Shown in pieces: positions 14,359 through 26,063 of a stretch of 64,000 nt of DNA; within the stretch, counting starts at the first letter, position 1, and each line of letters opens with the position of its first letter. The position numbers and the translations under genes are program-made. The notes below the pieces were generated by a model that did no database searches, had not been told where the DNA came from, and was given only the letters and a program-made list of their open reading frames with translations. Source of the stretch: Podarcis liolepis (taxonomy: Eukaryota); the NCBI GenBank assembly GCA_965112155.1, contig OZ218098.1. One strand, 5' to 3'.

Positions 14359-14469
14359 GTGGCGTGTATGCAGTTCATCAACATAGTGGTTCACTCAGTA
14401 GAGGACATGAATTTCAGAGTTCACCTTCAGTATGAATTTACTAAGCTAGGCCTGGATGAATACCTAGAT
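14359..14469 (+). CDS. FMNL2: FMNL2 coding exon (~exon 11, FH3)
   Basis: ttacag|GTG GCG...CTA GAT|gtgagt; 111 nt; [37 protein letters not shown]. Confidence 0.95.
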
Positions 14470-15779
14470 GTGAGTACTGCCTGCTTTGGCTTGTTTTGTA
14501 CTTCGCTATGATTATGCTGAGAATTCATTGTTACTTTCTGTGTTAAAAAGAGCCATAGGGAGTTCTTTGCTTTTACTTTACTTTTTTAAAACAGCAACAA
14601 TAATTGCCAGACATTAGCCATTCTAAACTAAAAAGTTTCTCACAAAGACAATCCAATGAATAATCAACCACCATCAATACACCCTGATCCACTGCTTGAG
14701 GTCTTTATGCAAGGGGAAAAATGAATGTTTCTCAGTTTTACCCACCTACCCTCCTCCCTTAGGGGTCACCCCTGAATGTTCTGAAGTATATCTTATATTT
14801 TCCCATGGGCTGGAAATACTTTTCCGTATTTTATACTTTCCCCACAAATGGAGTGCAGCTCTCAGTCCCCAAAAGGTAGCCCACCCCGTTTGACCAATGT
14901 TTCCCATGCCAGTCTTTCCTTAGAAATGTCCATTCTGCCTTTAGTGCTCAATGAGCTAAATGCATGCTCCAGCTGCAAACGTCAGTGTCACAGGCTCCTT
15001 ATATCAATTTGTTCCTTGACTGCCCCAAGCCGTGCCATCTTCAGAAAAAGGACCAAATTCTCTCACTAGTTTCTGTCGACCGGTGCCTTGTGCTGCTGTT
15101 TTTTTTTGCTTGCTGAACTTTTGAGGCTGCAACCGGCCCCAAGTAAAAGCCAGCCACAAACCTGGAAGAAGTCAGAAGGAGTTAGTAGAATCACCTCTTA
15201 ACGCTGCATTTTATGCACAGCGACCACCCGCTTGCAATGCCAAGAAAATCTGAATGAAGCCAGATACTGTGCACACTTCTGGTGCGGTGACCTTTGCGCC
15301 AATGGAATGCTCCTGCTACAATGCACCTCCACTGCGCTGACCTAACTGCTGAGACAACTGGATCCATTTCAGGAGTCCCAGCAGCTCAACGCTCTCTCTG
15401 CTCCCCTGACTTCTCCTGCTCCCCACTTTCTTCTCATTCTTTTGAGAAGCAGAGCGACATACCAAAACTGTGCTGACTTTTGAGGATTCTATTCCTTCTG
15501 CATCCCTGTGGTTCAGTTGTGGGAATCATACAGTGGTTGCCTTCTTGGCAGCCGTGAGTTAACCACAATTGTGGAGATAGAAGAAGCAAAGGATGACATG
15601 GGCATAAGTGAGAAACTGCTGTCAAGAGGAAGAAGAAACTTCAGTTGCACACTTGAAATCCCCCACTCCAGTGTCACTATAATATTGCTAATTTCTGCTT
15701 TGTTATGTCGTTTACCCATTCCTCTCTCTGCACCCGCATCCCTTGTCTTCCTTGAGTTTTGCACACATTTTTAGCACTC

Positions 15780-16070
15780 AACATAGGAAGCCGCCTTATA
15801 TGACCAAGTCAGTTATTTGGTCCATCTAGGTCTATATTGTTTGCACTAACTAGCAATGACTCACCAGTCGCTCTGCTGGCCTGGAATTTCAGATGGAGGT
15901 GTGGGTGTCTTTCTCTGCCTTCCATAGAGAAGCATATCAAGACCCAGTATTTCATCTAGCTCAGTATTGTCTGCACAGATTAGCACTGGCACTTCGGGGT
16001 TTCAGACACCAGGGATTGAACCTGGGACCTTGTGCATACAAAGCATGCACTTCATTACAGAGTTAGGACC
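15780..16070 (-). mobile_element. Two adjacent degenerate tRNA/L2-type SINE fragments
   Basis: repeated CCATCTAG-TC-TATTGT-TGCAC core; reverse B-box GGGATTGAACCTGGGACC near 16012. Confidence 0.5.
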
Positions 16071-16137
16071 CACCTCCTAGAATCCATAGACTTTATAATG
16101 GGACACCTGAATTGTTTAGAAGGACAATTGGTTTTCT

Positions 16138-16276
16138 CAGTGCCATTTTTCTAGAAAAAGAGGTGCCAGAACTCTCCATGAACACCTCCCTTGTTCTCTC
16201 ATAATGGCAATGGCGCCCATCTGAGAGGTGCCGGAACTCAATTCCAGTGAGTTCTGGCTGGGGGGAAAAAGCCCTG
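16138..16276. mobile_element. hAT-type non-autonomous element (139 bp)
   Basis: CAGTGCCATTTTT...AAAAAGCCCTG termini; perfect 8-bp TSD GGTTTTCT. Confidence 0.82.
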
Positions 16277-17512
16277 GGTTTTCTTAATCTACTCATTGCA
16301 GCCAACCTCCCAAAGGCAGGTTGAACTGTGATCTACAAAAACGTGGTTTGTTCTTCCAGTGATGTTCACCATGTGCAGCACGTAATTCTCACCCGGGTGT
16401 GGGGAGTGTCGTCATGTGGCTTAGAGCTGGAGCTTAGAGTCCCAAAATAACTAGCCAGTTCCTTTTCATCTCAGAAATGGGGATGTCCATAATTGGGTTT
16501 GAAAAGCCAATATGAGAGCGGCAGCTGATATGTAATGCTGTGTTGGTTAAATTGCTTCCTATAGAATGAAGTCTAGGCTTGATGTATTGTAATCACATTG
16601 TCTGAACGTTTGCACCGATGCTGTGATATAAATTATAAAATAATACTGGCCTCTTAACATGAAGCAATGGGCTTTGGTTGGGCTTATACAGCAAAAGGAA
16701 TATCTTTTTATTACTTTTTTCCTCTTGTACCTGCTATGAATTTGTGGGTACCAATTACAGTTAAGTTCTTGTGTCCTATTTCTCCATCTTGAAGTGTTTT
16801 TCATTCCTCTCTTCCCATGGTGCTCTATTATTAGGAACTTTTAACATGGAGACAGATTTTTTTTTGTTGCTTAGAATTCAGCTGTTCTTGCTGCTTTTTG
16901 GCTTTGTTCCATCGTATAACATAGTCAAGAGCTTCTTTCATGTATTCTGACAACAATACTTTATGTTCCATATAATATGCTTCTCCTGGTGGTACAGTGC
17001 TGCATGGGGACTATTTTTCGCATTTAAACACTCACTTACTCACCATTCCAAGCTAACCCTTTTGAGTTATTTTCATTCAACCTTAGGCTAACAACCCCTC
17101 CCCACTGGTAAGTTCAGTTCAACAAGAAAAACACTTTTGCTGGTATGGAAATGCCATAACAGCAGTGCTCTTAAAATTCCTTACACAGAGCCCCCTTTTA
17201 AGTCACGGTGAATAATGTGATGGGTATTTTTAAAAGTAACTCAAACAAATTGCTTTTTTTGGGGGGGAGGGTTGATGGCGATTTGGAGTAGATCACATTG
17301 CCAATATTATGCATTTAAAGTCCACAACTGAACAAGATGTGCATGATTAACCTTGTTATCCAGCAGAATCAATGGGCATTGGAGGAGGGGAAAAGAGCAC
17401 ACTATGGCAAGCTTCCGTTCATGGTTTGTTACTTACCCTGGCACGACAACAGCAGGAATGGTGGAGGTGTGAAGCATGGACTTTGGAGCACTGTGCACCC
17501 ATTTTTTATTAA

Positions 17513-17935
17513 ATTATTATTATGAAATTTTATTTATACCCCGCCCTCCCCAGCTAAGGCCAGGCTCGGGGCAGCTAACACCTGTATAAAAACAATTGAT
17601 TGAAATACAACTTAAAAACAAGATTAAAACACAACTTTATAATGCAGCCTCATTTCAGTAGGAACTCAAAAACTTTTTGGGGGATGAAAACATCAAGTCT
17701 TCACCAAGGCCAACTATCCAGACTGGTCCTACGTGGGCCAGAAAAAAGTCAGTTTCCCCAGCCACTCTGGGCGGCTCCCAGTCAAGTGTTAAAAACAATA
17801 CAGCATTAAATATTAAAAACTTCCCCACCCAAACAAATAGGAGTTCCATCACAGAAGGAGAAAAGAAAAAGGAAGAGGGGGAGGGGATCAATTTGATTCC
17901 AAGCCAAAGGCCAGGTGGAACAACTCTGTCTTACA
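17513..17935 (-). mobile_element. LINE (L2-like) 3' end fragment
   Basis: (TTA)n, then TTTATACCCCGCCCTCCC...GGCTC...GCAGCTAACA; similar ends near 6350 and 45070. Confidence 0.55.
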
Positions 17936-18124
17936 TTTGCTGCTCTTTCACGTTAAACCATACTTTATTTTCAACTTACCTGAACCCAGAGGCCTGCATA
18001 TATATTGCTTTTATTAGTAAAAATGAAATCAACCATTTTAGCAACATGTGACGGTGGTGGAAAACCTGACTTATTTAGCGGTGCTAAACAATGCTCTGCC
18101 CCCTGCCCTGTTTTGATCTTCCAG

Positions 18125-18274
18125 AAACTGAAACACACAGAAAGCGATAAGCTGCAGGTGCAGATTCAAGCTTATCTGGACAACGTGTTTGATGTTGGAG
18201 CTTTACTTGAAGATGCGGAAACCAAGAACGCTGCCTTGGAAAGAGTAGAAGAACTGGAAGAAAATATATCTCAC
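18125..18274 (+). CDS. FMNL2: FMNL2 coding exon (~exon 12)
   Basis: ttccag|AAA CTG...TCT CAC|gttagt; 150 nt; [50 protein letters not shown]. Confidence 0.95.
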
Positions 18275-18939
18275 GTTAGTATTGGCGCTTTAAAATGTAG
18301 ACGTTGGGGGGACTTTCTGGAGGCTGGTTTTTATTTGGTCATTCGATTATTTATCTGGGCATCAAAATGTGATTACAAATGCACTTTATTTCGTTTATAT
18401 CCATTACTACCAGTAAAGCTTTTGGTCTTCTATTATTTTTATTGCTACCTTGAGAAGAAAACACACACACTCTTAAAATATAAGGAAAGGCTAGTTTACC
18501 TGGATAATTGGTTTCCGTGTGATTTAATGTTTTTAGTTCAGTCTGCAGTGCTATGCCTGCTTTTATCTTGGCAATGTCACGGACAGCGTGCCTGCAAGAC
18601 ATCATTAAACAGACACTTTAATATTACTAGGAACTAAAGGAGGCAAATTCCTGTTAAAGCACAAGAGGTTTGAGCAATTTCTGTCTGGAAGTTCATTTAG
18701 AGCTGGACTGAAAAAATGTCCTTGCGATTTTAGTCTTGAACTTCATTTTTTGTCCCTGTTCCAAACTGTCACAAATGTGGAAAAAAATATTTACCTGCTG
18801 TATAAATGATGTTCAGTTTGTAGATTTCCCAGAAGTGCCTGAGTGATTACCGTTAGGGGCAGGATACGGAGATAATGGACCCTTTGCCTGATCTAGCAGG
18901 CCTGCTCTTTTTACTGCCTAGTAAACAGGCAGTAAACAG

Positions 18940-19290
18940 GGGACGCGGGTGGCGCTGTGGGTTAAACCACAGAGCCTAGGACTTGTTGATCAGAAGGTTG
19001 GCAGTTCGAATCCCTGCGACGGGGTGAGCTCCCGTTGCTCAGTCCCTGCTCCTGCCAACCTAGCAGTTCGAAAGCAATTCAAAGTGCAAGTAGATAAATA
19101 GGTACTGCTCCGGCGGGAAGGTAAACGGTGTTTCCGTGCGCTGCTCTGGTTCACCAGAAGCGGCTTAGTCATGCTGGCCATATGACCCGGAAGCTGTACG
19201 CCGGCTCCCTCGGCCGATAAAGCGAGATGAGCGCCACAACCCCAGAGTCGGTCACGACTGGACCTAATGGTCAGGGGTCCCTTTACCTTT
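18940..19290 (+). mobile_element. Full-length Sauria SINE
   Basis: tRNA-like head GGGACGCGGGTGGCGCTGTGG...GTTCGAATCC; tail ...GGGGTCCCTTTACCTTT; flanking direct repeat TAAACAG(G). Confidence 0.88.
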
Positions 19291-19693
19291 TTAAACAGGT
19301 AGTGATGTTTGCTGCAGAGGTTTACTAAGATTTTTTGTGAACCAAACATTATCTGACTACTCTCTTAAGTGTTTATCCTCTCCCTCTCTGGGTTAATAAA
19401 TATTTATAATTAAAACAATTAGAAAACACTCCTTTTTTAAAAAACCAGGGGCTGCATCCAGACATAGCCATCCACAATTGAAAGTGTTCCTTCCATTTGT
19501 GAAAGACACTTGATCCCAATGGCAGAAGGGGGAAAGTAAGCCATTTTGCACCAATCCTTCCCTGACGCTTCTGCCTCCCCCCCCCCCCAGTCCTGGAGGA
19601 CACTTCAGCCTCCTAGAAGAGATCTTCAGAGGCTGGAGTGGAGGTCTGGAGCTGGTAGGAGCAAATCTGGAACCAAATCTCATAAGGTTACAG

Positions 19694-19829
19694 CAGGCTT
19701 CCTCAACCTTGGCCCTCTAGATGTTTTGAGACTGCAATTCCCATCATCCCTGACCACTGGTCCTGCTATCTAGGGATCATGGGAGTTGTAGGACAAAAAC
19801 ATCTGGAGGGCCGAAGTTGAGGAAGCCTG
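19694..19829. mobile_element. hAT-type palindromic MITE (136 bp), same family
   Basis: same TIRs; 8-bp TSD GGTTACAG/GGTTTCAG (1 mismatch). Confidence 0.88.
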
Positions 19830-20589
19830 GGTTTCAGCCTAAGTAGAAGTGGTTACATACTCCCAACTAGAGTTTTAAAACTTACACAAGCAATTTTGTT
19901 AAAAAATGTTTTTCCTATTAGGTCCAACTTCAATATTATTAAACTGCATTTGTGTGTGTGTGTTATATCCATATGAATGAAAACTCCCTATATTAATATT
20001 GCATGCGTGTGGTCCTTGTTGTTCTCTGATCATGTTATTGACTCAAAACAGCTCTGGAGTATTTAATTTCAGCTGAATTACAATTCCAGATGGAATCACT
20101 TGAGAGAGCAGCTTGACCGAGAACTCTTGTTATAGGTTGGGTGTGTGTCTGCTAATTTACATATAAATTGCAAATTCCATGGACACATAGGAGGAAAAAA
20201 ACACAAATAAGCAGATCTGTGTTTCATACCATAAAAGTGCATGCATAAATCTCTGTAGCTTCCAAGATATACAGTACTGTAAGTGTTCGCAAAGCATAGC
20301 TTACAGATTTAAAAATGTATTAGCCGCAGGGATCATGCTGGAATGGGGTGGTGGAGGAGTAGATGTCCCTACTTAAGAATTACTAGTTATCAGTTATAAA
20401 GGCAAAAAAAGGCTGTGTTATGGGTGATCCTATCTGAAGTACTTGAACATGGCATCACTTGTGTTTGTCCCATGCCAAAAAAGTATGCCTCCGAGCGGTT
20501 TTCTGCTTGTCCCATGCTTTTAGGTGTGGATCCTAGCAGTTTTGTCTTTGCCATGCTGCTTTCCCCTGGAAAACCCACTCTTTGCATGC

Positions 20590-21615
20590 CCAGACAGAGA
20601 CTCTCCGACCCCCGAGAGACCACCAGAAGAAATAATGACTCGTGACAACGTGTTATGGAATTAAAATTGGCCACAACTTTATTAAACCTTTCAGATGTAG
20701 GAAGACCTTGGCTTAGGCATTGGGCGTGTATCCCTCCCAGCCCCACAGCTGGGGAACTGGGGCTCCTCGGGGTTAAATGGATGTGGGGAGGGTGCACTGC
20801 AAGACGCTTGTGTACGCAGGCAGCTCCCCTCCCCATTTCAGTTCAACGCAGGGGAGTTCACCAACAACCTTTCAGTGTATGGCCAGTGACTTACCTTTCA
20901 CAAAACCGCTTTAACGGGGAACCCTGGAATCGCTGCCGTGTGTGTGGTGTGTGAGAGTCACCACTTCACACCCCACCTCCCCCATTTAGGGAAGATAAAC
21001 TAAAGGATTCCGCCCAAGGCCTAAAACCGTCACTTGAGACCGCAAACTTGCGATCTCGCCGCCAAGACTACCTACACCTGAAAACCCATTAGCAATTCGA
21101 CAACCCTTCCTTTAGGCCATGCCTGATGTCATCCAGCCAGTGTTCATTTCCCGAGGTGGTGAGGTGCACTCCGTCGGGTCTGGAAAATTACAGTCTGTTG
21201 GTTTTAATGTCCAAATGCTTCACAACTCAGCCTCTGATACACAAGATTGCCAAGCAGATGGCCCTGTTAATTTTTCCCACCACGCAATACAACTCAAGTG
21301 AACCTGCCCATACATGGTCCACTCGGCTGGCCCCGCCCTCACAAGCTGCCGATTGGACAGTTTAAACCAGGGTTTGGCGGGAACTCCAACCAGCCCAATC
21401 AGCTGGTGAGTCCCACAGGGCCTGGGGGTGCTGTGCGCCACAAAGGGCGCCCACAGAGGGAGGTATGAGCATTCATTAGCGCTAAATCAGAACAAACTGC
21501 AATCCACGGAAAACTCAGTTGCCGTTTGTTTGGATTCAGTGCTAACCTGTTGGTTCCCCTGGGGAATGTGGCAGGGCACATGGAAGTGTGGACGGGCCCG
21601 CCGTCAATTCTAGTG
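20590..21615 (-). mobile_element. CpG-rich LTR-like or DIRS-like retroelement remnant (boundaries approximate)
   Basis: GC/CpG-rich block in an AT-rich intron; minus-strand AATAAAGTTGTGGCC near 20668-20683; GC box and CCAAT boxes near 21330-21400. Confidence 0.45.
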
Positions 21616-21749
21616 TTTGCATTTAGCCTCCCATTACTATATATCTCAAGATTTCATTAGTTTCATAAAATGTAACTATGATGTTCACAGCCTCAAGAAA
21701 AATAAATGGAAGCTTTGAGTAAACCATTACTACCCAAATGAAACTTTGA

Positions 21750-21752
<3 letters not shown>

Positions 21753-21822
<70 letters not shown>
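21753..21822. repeat. Compound (CT)n(CA)n microsatellite
   Basis: read directly. Confidence 0.95.
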
Positions 21823-21825
<3 letters not shown>

Positions 21826-22094
21826 ACATGGGCGACTCCCACAGCTTTTGACCATGTGAATTCAACACCAAACCTATTGATCCATCACAAATAGGCCCTA
21901 TGATTGTAAAGATTATGTATGGTTCCTATAGCTCTGGCAAGAGGCCTGTTCTTAGACATTTTACAGCATGAATAACTGAATGATACAAGGTTTATTATAT
22001 ACATAATGCATGGCTCCGGCATGCAGTCGCCACTGTGAACGAATAAGCCTTTTTGCCAATTAACACTCCCCTCCCCCACCCCTTTTGTGTCTAG

Positions 22095-22196
22095 TTATCA
22101 GAAAAACTGCAAGACACAGAAAATGAAGCTATGGCAAAGATTGTGGAACTGGAAAAACAACTCATGCAGAGGAACAAAGAACTGGATGTCGTTCGA
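22095..22196 (+). CDS. FMNL2: FMNL2 coding exon (~exon 13, coiled coil)
   Basis: tctag|TTA TCA...GTT CGA|gtaagt; 102 nt; [34 protein letters not shown]. Confidence 0.95.
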
Positions 22197-22820
22197 GTAA
22201 GTGTACTGAGTGCGGATTGTGCTGCTCAGGGTGCTCACTGGATGGTCAGCCAAGTTGCTCACAAGTATGTTGGACTCTAAAAACATGGAATCTGCTAGAT
22301 TCACTGTTGCCCCCACAATTGGCTACAGTTCAGTTTACTTGCAGTCTGCAGAAGTGATTTAATCCCAAAGTTTGTGGGCACGTTGGATTGATGAAGGTTT
22401 ATAACACTTGGTTCCTTTCTGTGAGTCTCTTAGCCATGAAATGGGAGGACAGGAAACCAGCCGATATTCTGTCACTAGTATCTTCCACCAGAAGTCAGGC
22501 AATCTAACCCAGAACACAATAGGATCTTATTGGCTTAATGGATTGGGTGTGCCAATAGTACATATCATAGAGTCTTCATTACCCTAGGAAATAATTTAAA
22601 CCTTTCTAATATTGCCAGTTTGTGGCCATGATTGAGGTTCCTTATTAAAGATAAATGCAGTTTGGATGAAGATAAAGTGAGAAGTGCATTTGCCGCCACC
22701 ATCAAACATTGCCTGACAACGACTCAGCTGGGAATCCCATGTTATGTTGTTCCTTCAGTTTTGAGATGATTCTGCATATCGAACACATGTCGATTCTTTA
22801 CCGTGGGCTCTTTTTTGCAG

Positions 22821-23136
22821 GAAATATACAAGGATGCGAACACACAGGTTCACACGCTGAGGAAAATGGTCAAAGAGAAAGAGGAAGCTATTCAACGACA
22901 GTCAACGCTGGAGAAGAAGATCCATGAACTGGAGAAGCAAGGGTCCATTAAAATTCAGAAGAAAGGAGATGGTGATATCAACATTCTTCCGGTTGGGGTG
23001 GCTTCTGGTACATTGCCCTCAGGGGCAGAAGCTGCCACGGGCACTTGTGGAGGATCAGCTTCTGGTTCTGCACCTTCGGTTCTGTTGCCCCCTCCACCAC
23101 CACCCTTGCCGTTGTCAGAATCAGAATCGGAAGCAG
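22821..23136 (+). CDS. FMNL2: FMNL2 coding exon (~exon 14, coiled coil, linker, start of FH1)
   Basis: ttgcag|GAA ATA...GAA GCA G|gtgaga; 316 nt, ends in phase 1; [27 protein letters not shown]...[18 protein letters not shown]. Confidence 0.92.
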
Positions 23137-23904
23137 GTGAGAAATGTTGCAGAAGAAATGAGATTTGCTCAACTTAAGGTAGTGGGGGTTAGCCTATCCC
23201 CCTCGATACATCAGGCCATACTTTGTGATGACCACACATGAAAGAGGCTGGGACCCAATCCAGAGAAAGATGGATGCGGTGAATCAAGTGGCACTTAAGT
23301 GTTCACTGGCTATCTAGGCATCTTACCTTAAAAATATTTAATTAGAAATTAATTCCCTCGAAATCAATATGGTCTACTCCCAAATAAATAACTTTATGAT
23401 TAGACTGTTGTTGAAGTGTGCCAAACTGGCTCTGGATTACACCCTATGTCTTCATCATCATGACATGTTAGTGAACTTCATAATAATAATAAAAAGCAGT
23501 GGCAGTAATTGTTATTACTGTAAGTAGTTATTACTACAACTACTACTACTACTAATAGTAGTATTAGTATTAGTATTAGGTATATGACACAATGTAGAGT
23601 AACATAAGCATGAAAAGGGAGTGATTCCTCTACCCTGAGGAGTTTATCTAATCCTATTCTCTTCCTCTTCACTTTTGTTGAACACCATCTTGTGTTTGAG
23701 GTCCATTCTACACATTGCATGATTTGCAAGGGTCTGCAAAATAACATCTATTTGGCAGCTTCTCTACTCTGCAGGCACAATGTATAGCAAAGTTCACCAT
23801 GTGGATTGCCTGTAGTTGAGAGAACTCCCTTGGGGTGTGGGAGGGAGGCGGACATAGTTTGGTTGAATACTTTAAAATGCTGTTTTGTCTTTTTCATTTC
23901 TCAG

Positions 23905-24099
23905 TTCAAAATGGTCCTGTGACACCGCCAATGCCTCCTCCCCCTCCACCGCCTCCTCCCCCTCCTCCCCCACCTCCTCTTCCTGGCCCAGCTGCAGAAC
24001 CAGGACTGGCCCCTCCGGTTCCACCCCCACCCCCACCATCAGCGCCTCCTCTTCCAGGAACAGCCTCCCCTACAGTCGTTTTCAACTCAGGATTAGCAG
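23905..24099 (+). CDS. FMNL2: FMNL2 coding exon (~exon 15, polyproline FH1)
   Basis: tctcag|TT CAA AAT...TTA GCA G|gtaaga; 195 nt; [11 protein letters not shown]15[40 protein letters not shown]. Confidence 0.95.
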
Positions 24100-25519
24100 G
24101 TAAGAAGCAGCCAGTGTTGCTGGCGTGCTATGGAAGTCCTATACACAATACAAAAAATGTCCTTAGTCAAAGAGGAATGAGTCAGAATGGATGTTATGAA
24201 AAAGTGCTCCAAAGTCTTCATTGCTTAATGAATCAAGGTGTCCCAGTGCTGCAAAACCTTAGCTGCAGCAGTGAATTAAAAGCAAAATAACTTTCTAAAG
24301 AAATGACAAGAGGTAAGGTGATGGCCTATTCTCAGTGGAGGTTTGTGGAGAGGCAAATTTTTTCAAACTAAAAATTGTGTGTTGTTTTGCTGCATCTTCT
24401 CAAAGGAGAGATGGTGAGCACCTGATGGAGCCAATACAAAGGTTGAACACTAAAGAGATTCCCATTCCTCCCTCACCATTCTGCAGATTATGAGTAGCTA
24501 GGAGAAAAATGCTTTGATTTTATTAAACTGAGGCTTTATACCATTGCTACAATCCCTTCATGTTATCTCACTGGTGGTGGAAAAGTGTTAGATGCCTCAC
24601 CTCAAACACTGAATCCAAATCTCCAAATGTGGGCTTCTGAAGATAGGAGGCAGGCATCTCTTAGAAAAGCATGAGTGGGTTTGCTAAGGAACTGAGCAAG
24701 CGATTGACTACTTGTTGGTATTTTACAGTTTAGGTCATGGAACAATATGATAATTGCAGACTTAGAAAGCCCAGGTACTCATCCCTAATATATATATATG
24801 TTTAAAAGCAGGTGGCTGGTTCTTTATTTTAAACCTTCTCTGATATCCCTTAAAAACAGGCAGAATTTGGATGCCTCTGTGCCATTGAGACATTTATTTG
24901 GAACAACAATAGCTTGAAGTAGCCAAGGCTAAAGCACTCAAGTGAATGTGTGTTCCCCCCGCCCCACCTTCCTCTTCCTGCATTGAGTCCAACATCAACA
25001 GTTGCTCATGCTCTGATAGTAGAGGTGAACTTGGAAGATGAGAGATTCAATTTCTGGTTCTTCAGTAGCATTGCACTGGCTGCGTAGCTCCAGCCTATTC
25101 TTCTCTCCCCCCCCCCCTTCAATTTACAACCCTTGGCTTGGTTTTGTCATTAGTCACAACCCTCTATGCAAATCTGATGTTCATTCAGCCTGCTAATACT
25201 CTATCTATTGCCTCACTGCAATTAATACAGTTTCTGTTGACTTGAGCACAATTTGGAAGAATAAAAAAATCACGAATCAGGCCGGCCCATTAACGTCCCT
25301 GGACAAAACTTCATTAATGAAGAAAGACCCTCAACATAGTTGGAAGACTTAACACCACAGTTCTGGGTTTGGTCCTGAGGCTGAATCTAGAGTCATTTTT
25401 GATGTCTTATTGAAAATGACAGCCACTGGGAACTGAAATTAATAGCTGGATTTTGATCTCCTGCCTGTATATGAAGGGAATATGTTGCAGGGGGAAAGCT
25501 AACAAAATAAAATAAAAAA

Positions 25520-25800
25520 CAGCCTGGCTGGATCATGCCATTGGCCCATCTAGTCCAGTATCCTGTTCTCACAGTGGCCAACCAGATGCCTGTTTGAAGC
25601 ACACAAACAGGACCTGAATGCCACAGAACTCTCTCCCGTGGTTTCCAGCAACTGGTATTCAGAAGCATACTGCCTCCCACAGTGGAGATAGAACATAGTC
25701 CATCAGGATTAGAAGCCACTGACAGCCTTAGCCTCCCTGAATTTCTCTAAACCTATTTTAAATGCATCCGAGTTGGTGGCCATCTCTGCTCCTTTTGGGA
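25520..25800 (-). mobile_element. LINE (L2/CR1 clade) 3' fragment
   Basis: GCTGGATCA...CCATCTAGTCCAGTATCCTGTTCTCACAGTGGC core; related pieces near 10840-11010 and 38470-38640. Confidence 0.55.
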
Positions 25801-25837
25801 AACATATTGGTGCTTCAGGAAACGAATGCTCCATATA

Positions 25838-26063
25838 CAGTGGTACCTCGGGTTAAGTACTTAATTTGTTCCGGAGGTCCATTCTTAACCTGAAACTCTT
25901 CTTAATCTGAAGCACCACTTTAGCTAATGGGGCCTCCTGCTGCCGCCGCGCCGCCGGAGCACGATTTCTGTTCTCATCCTGAAGCGAAGTTCTTAACCCG
26001 AGATAATATTTCTGGGTTATCGGAGTCTGCAACCTGAAGCGTATGTAACCCGAGGTACCACTG
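25838..26063. mobile_element. Tc1/mariner (Tigger-like) MITE, family A
   Basis: TIR CAGTGGTACCTCGGGTTA...TAACCCGAGGTACCACTG; TA TSD. Confidence 0.9.

Noticed and set aside
21591-21613. Minus-strand GAATTGACGGCGGGCCCG resembling a conserved SSU rRNA motif
   Set aside because: Only about 18 nt with mismatch and no flanking rRNA similarity; coincidental.
23525-23580. TAC/TAG repeat palindrome
   Set aside because: Low-complexity trinucleotide repeats that pair by chance; no further support.
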